A stretch of 32,147 nt of DNA from Octopus bimaculoides (taxonomy: Eukaryota), in contig NC_068999.1 of NCBI RefSeq assembly GCF_001194135.2, positions 13,330,071-13,362,217 of the forward strand. The letters run 5' to 3'. Each line of letters opens with the position of its first letter. Positions within the stretch are counted from its first letter, which is position 1. Under the pieces are notes generated by a model, which saw only the letters and a program-made list of their open reading frames with translations, did no database searches and was not told where the DNA came from. The position numbers and the translations under genes were made by a program. Shown one piece after another: positions 23,232 through 32,147 of the stretch.

Positions 23232-25339
23232 TAAAAAAAGTTTATGGAACGATAGCATTAAATACATGAATGTTCCCCCTTGTGTCCACACTAACACAAC
23301 TTCAATTTTATTAGTAGACGAGTGTGAAGAGCTATCGGCAGTTTTCGATTAACGACGATAAAACGTATTATAGTTCTTAATGAGGCATGTTGAGTGAGAT
23401 TAATCCCAGAATGTGGCTACATACAAGAGTTGAGATTTAGAATAAGATGATTGCTGATGTAGCTAAATGTAATCCATTCTCTGAGTGTTTCCTTCTTTAA
23501 TAAAAGAACGTTTTACTCCCATTGAAAAATTCTATTTCTTGCACAATGTTGAAATTCAAGCTACATTGTATTTTGTCTGTCCTATTGAAACCCCACCACA
23601 TCGTCTTCAGTTTGTCGTTGCAATATCCAATTGTCATTCTGATTGTGTCAAAATATTATTAAGAAAAGACATATTATCATTTTCACCAAGTTTGTGAATA
23701 ATAATATCAGCAAATTCAACAATATTAGTATTATATATTTACTATATATTTACGGCCAATGATAGAGAATCAATAAGTACTAATCAAAAATAGCACTATC
23801 TCAGCAAGATAATAAATTAAAAATATATATTTATATATATGAAATGCCAAACGCATTTTTATTCAAGAAAGTAATAAATTAAATTCGCCATAAATAAAGG
23901 AAAAGCAGAAAATAGTGACTTACATCAACATAAAAAAATATATAAAAAAAACGATGTGAAAAGTAATTTTACAAATATTATATCTAACTTATTCTCTTGG
24001 TTTTATTTATTTTATTCCTGTCACATTTTAAAATAATTTCCTCTTCAATTTAGACAAAGTATTTTCATAAGTATTTTCTTGTCAGCAAAGAGACACAACA
24101 GTTTTTTTCTAAATAATCACTGAAAATGTATATATTATATTTTTGAAATATTTTTTCAGAAATCATAGAAAAGTTTAAGTTTTAGCTTTGTTTATATGCC
24201 CGTTATGGAAAAAAATTATAGTCATAATTTGAAATGGCATTTAAATGTGAATAGATTTCGTGCAAATGTAATCGTACATATTGTGAAAATTGTATCTGCA
24301 AAGACTGAATAAATAATCAGAAGAATGACTGGATTAGTTCATCATGATTTCCGTTATATGATTTAATATTGATTGGCAATGATACTTTAAATTTATGAAA
24401 ACAACCGTTTCATAATTAAAATTAAGTGGAGACCTGTTAAATGTGTTTATAATTTTTGATATGCGTATTTTTTTCCATTTCAGGGCATCAATCAATGAAT
24501 GAGAGACCTTATTCACAAAGGAACCGTGCTTCTGATACATAATAGCATGAAAGTTGTTTCGCAAGAAACTGTCGACAAATTTATAATAAAAACGTTTGAC
24601 CTAAAGTGATGTTGCACGGATATAGTCATTGCGCACAGTATTTTAGAAGTGACTTTCACATAAAATACTCTTCTGAATAGACACGCAAATAGCATCATTT
24701 TCAGAATTTGTCTACAGTAAATTAACTTTTTGACATTTAAATCATGTATGTCAAAGGTGAAAATACCATACCTATTGTTTTCTTTACAGACACCGCATAT
24801 ACAACCTATTGTAGAAATACTAATTCGGTACAGTGCAGATATTTTCAAATACAAATCAACATATGACATAAATATGTGCGTATATATTTATAGCAGTGAC
24901 GTAAAGAGGGTGTGTGTGCGTACATATGTTTAGTTCTGTGTGTACATGTGTGTACGTGTATGAATGTGCGTACATCCATTTTACGAAGACCTTTCTGAAA
25001 GGCCATGTTTCTAGCGACATATTAAATTTAGTTGCAGGAATGTTAAACATACCTATCGAATTGTATTCGTATTTTACAAAATATTTATCGGATATCAACA
25101 GTTTCAAAATATGATAGCATACCTCAATATTATTAAATTTAAAATAATTGCTTTTATGCCATCGTTGTCTTTCAGGCGTACGGCGTTCTTGCAAAGGTGG
25201 AAATGAAAATTAACAAAACAGCACAAATAAAAAATGAATCTATTCAATCAGTCAATACTGACGCTACCATTTTGCTCACTAGCATATGCTTACATTTACG
25301 CGTACATATGCATATAAAAAGAGATGCATACGCATACAC

Positions 25340-25397
25340 ACACATACATAAAGATATCTAAATGTATATGTATATAAATATATGTGTGTGTGTGTGC

Positions 25398-25437
<40 letters not shown>
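25340..25437. repeat. Compound (CA)/(TG)n/(TA)n microsatellite
   Basis: Direct reading. Confidence 0.9.
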
Positions 25438-25525
25438 GCCGTCATACAATAGCAATGTATGACGGCATTGCCCTTTCCCGGATGCTATGATCTAGAACCA
25501 TATTGTATATAAAAATATATAAACA

Positions 25526-25874
25526 TAGGTGCAGGAGTGGATGTGTCGTAAGTAGCTTGCTTACCAACCACATGGTTCCAGGTTCAGTCCCACCGCGTGG
25601 CAACTTGGGCGAGTGTCTACTACTATAGCCTCGGGCCGACCAAAGCCTTGTGAGTGGATTTGGTAGACGGAAACTGAGAGTAGCCTGTCGTATATATGTA
25701 TATACATATATGTGTGTGTGTGTGTGTGTCTGTCTTTGTCCCCCACCATCGCTTGACAACCGATGGTGGTGTGTTTACGTTCCCGTAACTTAGCGTTTTG
25801 GCAAAAAGAGTCCGATAGAATAAGTACTAGGCCTACAAGAATAAGTCCTCAGGTCGATTTTCTCGACTAAAGGC
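25526..25874 (+). mobile_element. tRNA-derived SINE, family C (internal TA/TG microsatellite; 3' end runs into gap)
   Basis: Head taggtgcaggagtggatgtgtcgtaagtagcttgcttaccaaccacatggttccaggttcagtccc (A-box-like TGGATGTGTCG, B-box-like GGTTCAGTCC); core caacttgggcgagtgtc...caaagccttgtgagtggatttggtagacggaaactga; internal microsatellite 25681-25720; 3' half with hairpin caccatcg/cgatggtg. Confidence 0.85.
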
Positions 25875-26502
25875 NNNNNNNNNNNNNNNNNNNNNNNNNN
25901 NNNNNNNNNNNNNNNNNNNNNNNNNNNNNNNNNNNNNNNNNNNNNNNNNNNNNNNNNNNNNNNNNNNNNNNNNNNNNNNNNNNNNNNNNNNNNNNNNNNN
26001 NNNNNNNNNNNNNNNNNNNNNNNNNNNNNNNNNNNNNNNNNNNNNNNNNNNNNNNNNNNNNNNNNNNNNNNNNNNNNNNNNNNNNNNNNNNNNNNNNNNN
26101 NNNNNNNNNNNNNNNNNNNNNNNNNNNNNNNNNNNNNNNNNNNNNNNNNNNNNNNNNNNNNNNNNNNNNNNNNNNNNNNNNNNNNNNNNNNNNNNNNNNN
26201 NNNNNNNNNNNNNNNNNNNNNNNNNNNNNNNNNNNNNNNNNNNNNNNNNNNNNNNNNNNNNNNNNNNNNNNNNNNNNNNNNNNNNNNNNNNNNNNNNNNN
26301 NNNNNNNNNNNNNNNNNNNNNNNNNNNNNNNNNNNNNNNNNNNNNNNNNNNNNNNNNNNNNNNNNNNNNNNNNNNNNNNNNNNNNNNNNNNNNNNNNNNN
26401 NNNNNNNNNNNNNNNNNNNNNNNNNNNNNNNNNNNNNNNNNNNNNNNNNNNNNNNNNNNNNNNNNNNNNNNNNNNNNNNNNNNNNNNNNNNNNNNNNNNN
26501 NN
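25875..26502. other. Assembly gap
   Basis: N-run. Confidence 0.97.
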
Positions 26503-26599
26503 ATCCGTTCTCTATATTGGTCTGTTTATGCGCATGTGTAGGCCTCTATGTGTATTTTAATACGCATGCGTGTAGGCACAGATACTCTCCGACAGACAT

Positions 26600-26673
26600 A
26601 CACACACATATGAAGACTGAAAAACATGTCCATACACATACACGGACACTTAATACACACACGCACACACACC

Positions 26674-26712
<39 letters not shown>

Positions 26713-26718
26713 ACACAC
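26600..26718. repeat. (CA)n microsatellite, degenerate at the left
   Basis: Direct reading. Confidence 0.9.
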
Positions 26719-26957
26719 TCATGAACCCATGTGCACAAAGAATCAAAGAAATCTCTGATAATGGACAAGTGAATGACTATGGAAATGATTGCAAGAGGCA
26801 ACGAAAATTTTACTAAAGCAAATAAGTAAATAGGTAGTAATCGAGCCGGAGAGTGTGTTAAATAATGAAGTACTACAACAGACTGAATTGTGTACATGAT
26901 GTACATTATTTAGATTATTTACCTTTGTCGAATATTTAACCTCATCTTATCTATTCT

Positions 26958-27006
26958 TAATACAACGTTTCTTCTGATATATCCTCAAGCCTTCATCAGG
27001 TGTCTT
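26958..27006 (-). ncRNA. Degenerate minimal (type I-like) hammerhead ribozyme motif
   Basis: Minus strand aaGACAC-CTGATGA-aggcttgaggatatatcagaa-GAAAC-GTT-GTATT. The core nucleotides are intact but stem II is disrupted and stem I has one mismatch. Confidence 0.5.
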
Positions 27007-27049
27007 GGAGAAACATCGAAACTATGTTCTGATTACTAAGGTAATTTTC

Positions 27050-27050
27050 G

Positions 27051-27082
<32 letters not shown>

Positions 27083-27101
27083 ATTATTATTATTATTATT
27101 A

Positions 27102-27145
<44 letters not shown>
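27050..27145. repeat. (TTG)n(TTA)n microsatellite within the left arm
   Basis: Direct reading. Confidence 0.95.
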
Positions 27146-27147
<2 letters not shown>

Positions 27148-27239
27148 AGTCACTGCATGGAATCGAACTCGGAATCTTGGAGTTTGTAGCCCACGCTCTT
27201 AACAACTACGACACATACCCGAGGGCATATGGCGTAAAA

Positions 27240-27285
27240 ATAATAATAATAATAATAACAATAATAATAATAATAATAATACTAC

Positions 27286-27325
<40 letters not shown>

Positions 27326-27327
27326 AA

Positions 27328-27387
<60 letters not shown>

Positions 27388-27475
27388 GAAGAAGAAGAAG
27401 AAGAAGAAGCAGAAGAAGAAGAAGAAGAAGAAGAAGAAGAAGAAGAAGAAGAAGAAGAAGAAGAAGAAGAAGAAG

Positions 27476-27507
<32 letters not shown>

Positions 27508-27545
27508 GAAGAACAACAACAACAATAACAGCAACCACAACAACG
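27240..27545. repeat. (AAT)n(AAG)n(AAC)n compound microsatellite within the right arm
   Basis: Direct reading; long GAA tract ~27330-27510. Confidence 0.95.
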
Positions 27546-27587
27546 AAAAATACCTTAGGAATGAAAACCTAGATTTGAAATTTCCCC

Positions 27588-27635
27588 AAGTCACCTGATG
27601 AAAGCTGGAGGGTATATCAGCCGAAACGTTGTGTT
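27588..27635 (+). ncRNA. Minimal hammerhead ribozyme motif (PLE-associated type, palindromic stem III)
   Basis: aaGtCAC-CTGATGA(27595-27601)-aaGCTG gagggtatat CAGC c-GAAAC(27623-27627)-GTT-GTGTT. Stem I CAC/GTG, stem II GCTG/CAGC, self-complementary AACGTT in place of stem III. Predicted cleavage 3' of GUU at 27630. Confidence 0.72.
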
Positions 27636-27734
27636 AACAAGTAACAAGATGAGGATAGATAACCGTCAAATGTAAATAATGTATAAATGCTTATGCATTT
27701 ATTAATGAGAGATTCTGGATAGAGTGACTATCTT

Positions 27735-27802
27735 TGTCCGTCCACTTGTCGGGCTCTCTGTCTCTCTGTTTCTCTGCGCCCGCATGTTTCTCTCTATCTC
27801 TC

Positions 27803-27862
<60 letters not shown>

Positions 27863-27905
27863 CGTGTGTATTTGTGTGTTTGCTTGTGTTTTTGCGTCTG
27901 TGTAT
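27735..27905. repeat. Compound (CT)/(TA)n/(TG) microsatellite
   Basis: Direct reading. Confidence 0.9.
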
Positions 27906-28429
27906 GTACTGACATATATTTCTTTCGCTACATTCTCAGCAAATGATAACTATTCATTTATATCAATTTAATTATATCCATAAATTGTTCAAATGAATTA
28001 ATTCTCTTCCATATTAGATTGAAACTAGGAATTTGAAAACTATATTTCTTTGTCGGTACTTTATTCAGATATCCCATGGCGATATTTGAGCAAGTAATCA
28101 AAGAATCAGACCTACGTAGATGTATGTATATTGGCGTGAATATAAGTGCATGTTCATCAGTTTCATGGGAGAATATTACATATCTTTCATAGAGCGTATT
28201 GCAATATCGCTGCTTTATAGGACCATATGCTTAAAATAATATCTTTTAGAATCACAAAAGGTTTTTAGTATAGCATACTTTCAATGATTGTCTTGAACTA
28301 CATCAGACGACTGATTACCATTTGCTACGCTTTAAATCAATTTAAATTACGTGAAATATATTTGCAACTTACCAATCACTTGAAAGAAATCCGAGATTGA
28401 TATAAGTGCGAAATCGTTAACAAAATATT

Positions 28430-28550
28430 TAGATGCAGCCCGGTCCTCTGGCACGCAACTTGCTTTACAACATGGTCCTTCTAGAATAGGCTGAGAACGA
28501 TAAAAGCCTTATGAGTTGATTTTAAAATCTGATACTGAAAGAAACCTGTC
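28430..28550 (+). mobile_element. Old SINE family C, 5' core remnant
   Basis: ttctagaataggctgagaacgataaaagccttatgagttgattttaaaatctgatactgaaagaaacctgtc aligns by eye with 25615-25690 (tactatagcctcgggccgaccaaagccttgtgagtggatttggtagacggaaactgagagtagcctgtc). Confidence 0.6.
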
Positions 28551-28851
28551 ACAAACACACGCACTCACACACAAATACACATACACATATGTATACAGCT
28601 TTACTATTATTCTAAATTGTCGTATGTCCAAATTTGGCAAAATGTCTTCTTTTCAGTATATATTGTTGTGTGCAATAATCGGTTCCTTTGGTAAAACTAT
28701 CGTATTTCCAGTTGCTTCAAACGCAAGATATCAAAAATTGTCAAAGTGCACTACAACGGTTCTGCTATAGAATGGTGAAAATAATTTTTCGTCTTCTGAA
28801 AAAGCAACGTTCTGGACTCATGACATTGTTGATTAATAGCAACGATATATT

Positions 28852-29025
28852 TGTGTGTGTGTGTGTATGTGTGTGTGTGGGCGCGTGTGTGTATGTGTTT
28901 GTGTGTGTGTGTGTGTATGTGTGTGTGCGTGTGTGAGTGTGTGTGTGTGTGTGTATGTGTGTGTCTGTGTGTGTCTGATGTCTGTCTGTCTGTATTTGCG
29001 TGTGTGTTTGCATTTGTTGATGTGT
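28852..29025. repeat. Long imperfect (GT)n microsatellite
   Basis: Direct reading. Confidence 0.93.
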
Positions 29026-29034
29026 CTGCGTTTG

Positions 29035-29225
29035 TAGGACATCACCGCTTCATAACAGGTGTTTGTGTGTTTATATTCCCGTAACTACGGTTTCGGCAAT
29101 GAAGCCAATATGATAAGTACTTGGCTTAAAAACTCAGTAATGGTTCAATTTTTTTGTGACAAAAATACTTCATTGAGGTGCTGCATTATGTTCGCCGTCA
29201 GATAACCGAAACAAGTTAACAAGAT
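29035..29225 (+). mobile_element. Old SINE family C, 3' half remnant
   Basis: gtgtttatattcccgtaactacggtttcggcaatgaagccaatatgataagtacttggctta aligns with 25770-25835 and ends ...ccgaaacaagttaacaaga. Confidence 0.65.
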
Positions 29226-29840
29226 AACAGATAATTAAATAGTAATTAAACAAAAATTATAATTGCCTTGATAGTCTCAGGCGTTGGGTTTCCTTTTGTT
29301 TGAAACTCAATACTATTCGATGATTGGGTAATTATTAAAGTACATACTATCGCTTTCGCATCTTCGAAATATTTAAATCTTTCACATGAAACTTTCATAT
29401 TCATGATAGGAATGCACTACTCACTTACACAAAGCGTTGAGACACAGGTAAAGATCCACACTCGCTTGAAAAGATAAGGATTCAACATTGAATCATTGCC
29501 ACGCTGAAACAAATAAAATAATTAAGAGAGAAAGGGGATAAAAGAATGGAGTGAAAATGATTTCAGACCTGCAGAAAGATAATTTTCTACGAACAGAAGA
29601 ATAAAGCGCTCTGTTTCAGTCGTAACAAACATAGCTCTACTACAGTCTGCACATTGTCATAAGCTCATATCTGTTAGAATCTCAGCATTTACATGTTCTT
29701 TCTAAAATATCAGAAGATTATTTATCGTTTACTCTCTCCCCATCTCTCCATTCGTGTGAATACACACATGCACACACAAATGCATTCCCACACACGCACA
29801 CGTATATATATAACATGCCTGCGTAACATATATTTGTTAA

Positions 29841-30161
29841 NNNNNNNNNNNNNNNNNNNNNNNNNNNNNNNNNNNNNNNNNNNNNNNNNNNNNNNNNNNN
29901 NNNNNNNNNNNNNNNNNNNNNNNNNNNNNNNNNNNNNNNNNNNNNNNNNNNNNNNNNNNNNNNNNNNNNNNNNNNNNNNNNNNNNNNNNNNNNNNNNNNN
30001 NNNNNNNNNNNNNNNNNNNNNNNNNNNNNNNNNNNNNNNNNNNNNNNNNNNNNNNNNNNNNNNNNNNNNNNNNNNNNNNNNNNNNNNNNNNNNNNNNNNN
30101 NNNNNNNNNNNNNNNNNNNNNNNNNNNNNNNNNNNNNNNNNNNNNNNNNNNNNNNNNNNNN
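29841..30161. other. Assembly gap followed by (TA)n
   Basis: N-run; (TA)n 30162-30190. Confidence 0.97.
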
Positions 30162-30192
<31 letters not shown>

Positions 30193-31837
30193 GTATGTAT
30201 GTATATATCGTGTCTGATATGAACACAACATATGAAAGGGGTTGAGAAAAAGTAGAGTGAAAATAACGTATATATTTATGAAACCTAGAAACATGGTAAT
30301 GGTTTGTTTGAAAGGAAAAACATGTTAGAATAGAATATAAATTATATACAAAGTAAAATGTTATCAAAGCTATTTCATGAGCTACTTTTTTTTCTGTGCT
30401 TTTGTAATTGTCGTTTGTTTGCTTTTTGCAAATTCCTCTGACAGAAGCATTTCACCTAATTTTATTTGGGAATAGTAAATGTATGCTGCATCAGATTTAG
30501 TTTTGTATATATGTTTTATTGAGGATTGTTTTCACATATACTTTTCTCGCAGTATCATGCGGCCAACAGGAATTAAATTAAAACATATTGGGAAATATGG
30601 CAATTATTTCATTCTTTTATCTGACGTACACACAATATATTGGCATACTATCACAGAGAGATACGATGCCTTGAATGTTTTGCATGATCTGATTAAAATG
30701 GGTTGAGACTGACTCAATTACATCGCGCAAAATAACTTACTAAGCGGTTCGTACTATGTACAGCATCTAAATTGAATGGAAATTCATATCGTGAGCTGTC
30801 ACTGTTCTCTTTGCACAATTTCACTAAAGTCTTTAACAAATTCCGCAGCAAATATAACTCAAGGTATAGTTTAAACAGAAGAAGAAATCTTGAGAAAATT
30901 ATACTTCAGAACATTGACAATTAAGTGACATAGCTTGCTGTATTATCGAAGGATTAAATAAAAACAAATACTGCAACGCTGGTGGTTAAGACCAGGTCGA
31001 ACATAGGGTTCAGCTGTAACAGAAGTAACTATTCACATTGCACTTCCACATTAGTGACATCATATTCTTTTCCAAATGTTAGAATCATGTCCTATATAAA
31101 CATTTGTGCGTGTGTTGTATGCGCGTGCTTAGCATGTGTATGATTTTTATGTATGTATCATTGTGAACAATAGAAACTAAATTATCTCAACGCAGCTAAA
31201 TTTCTTCAACGGAACTGAATTCTGTCAAGGCATTTACATGAAGGAATTCGCAGAACACATTCCAATATTCCAGTATCTACATTTTCCAACATATACATTT
31301 TCTGCAACGTGTTACTAGACGTAAGCGTATTGAAACCTATACGAAATTATCTACAAACGTGCAAAGGTGTTTGCATACTGCCTAACATCATTTGAATATA
31401 GGTCAATAAATGAAAAGTGTTGGGTTCGAGTTAAATTAGCACCAAAAAAAAAATTAAAAAAATGTCTATAGAATGTAGACTTAGAATCCGACTGTAGAAT
31501 TCTGTTTGAGGTACGTAGAATCATTTCTTCTAAACTATCTCAGCAACAAAAGCTTCAGGATTTGAATCATCCTAAGCAACAAGTACATTTAATCAATCAT
31601 ATATTTCGGACTCCTTGAGGGTGAAACAGAGAGTGCATCTTCAGATCATTTCACACATTAGTTGCCGCGCATGCACGCGTTTAAAACAATTACATTTCTT
31701 ATATCATGTAGATTGTTTTCTTTCATTATCCCAGGGGAAATTTATCCAAACAATTAGATTAATTTACAAAACTCTACAAAGGGTATTCGCATTTGTTATA
31801 CGCATCAGGAAATATTTATACTTTGCACATATATATG

Positions 31838-32099
31838 CCTACACACACACATAGGCACCTACATACACAGACACATACATACGTACAAACATATATATAG
31901 ATACATACATATATATACACACACGCAAACAAATGTTTATATTCATAAAGCTTATACACATAAGGTGACAGACATATGCCTCACTGTATGACTTTGCGTG
32001 TCTTAACTTTTACAAAAAATCTCAGGAGAATGTGTACAAAAAAATAATGCCACTAATGAATATTACATGTATGTATATAGACATACATATATACACCCC

Positions 32100-32147
<48 letters not shown>
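31838..32147. repeat. (CA)/(TA)-rich low-complexity tract ending in (TA)n
   Basis: Direct reading; pure (TA)n from ~32103 to the window end. Confidence 0.85.

Larger units (their letters stand above)
26885..27220 (-). mobile_element. Non-coding PLE-repeat unit, left arm: tRNA-like head (27148-27220), (AAT)n(AAC)n, hammerhead motif, tail
   Basis: Minus strand gggtatgtgtcgtagttgttaagagcgtgggctacaaactccaagattccgagttcgattccatgcagtgacttg-(aat)n(aac)n-gaaaattaccttagtaatc...ccaagacacctgatgaaggcttgaggatatatcagaagaaacgttgtattaa...gatgagg...aaataatgtac. Homologous to 20623-20911. Confidence 0.8.
27223..27690 (+). mobile_element. Non-coding PLE-repeat unit, right arm (inverted copy; most of tRNA head deleted; expanded (AAT)n(AAG)n(AAC)n)
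   Basis: gggcatatggcgta (first 14 nt of the head), then microsatellite 27240-27545, then aaataccttaggaatgaaaacctagatttgaaatttccccaag, hammerhead, aacaagatgagga...ccgtcaaatgtaaataatgta. Reverse-complementary to 26885-27050 and 20640-20810. Confidence 0.82.

Noticed and set aside
23505-23660. Minus frame MTIGYCNDKLKTMWWGFNRTDKIQCSLNFNIVQEIEFFNG, resembling a secreted-protein exon
   Set aside because: Short, no family recognised, mediocre splice sites.
24480-25190. Three strong plus-strand acceptors (~24483, ~24789, ~25165), one followed by IVEILIRYSADI (ankyrin-like)
   Set aside because: The ankyrin resemblance lacks the TPLHxA half with correct spacing, and no consistent exon chain could be built.
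26996-27594. Poly-L/I/R/F/N ORFs of 110-173 aa
   Set aside because: Trinucleotide microsatellite read-through, not proteins.
1-32147. CRISPR array, prokaryotic operons or defence systems
   Set aside because: No spacer-separated direct repeats and no gene-dense structure; the window is eukaryotic repeat-rich DNA.

Overview
AT-rich, microsatellite-dense eukaryotic non-coding DNA (intergenic or intronic) with five assembly gaps. I infer a coleoid cephalopod (Octopus) from recalled SINE families; this was not checked by search. No host protein-coding gene, tRNA gene, rRNA or CRISPR array can be supported, and most entries in the ORF track come from microsatellites or N-runs. What I can identify is repeat-derived: four decayed fragments of restriction-like-endonuclease (R4/Dong-type) LINEs, two Penelope-like element (PLE) remnants, three tRNA-derived SINE families (called A, B, C here) and a TA-flanked pogo/Tigger-like MITE. 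The most interesting item is a three-copy module made of a tRNA-like Pol III head (A and B boxes), a trinucleotide microsatellite, a minimal hammerhead ribozyme motif (CTGATGA...GAAAC-GTT) and a conserved tail. One copy starts about 20 nt after the stop codon of a PLE GIY-YIG-type ORF (20623-21106, minus). The other two form an ~800 bp head-to-head fold-back whose inversion point is exactly the 5' end of the tRNA-like head (26885-27690). All translations and alignments were done by eye.
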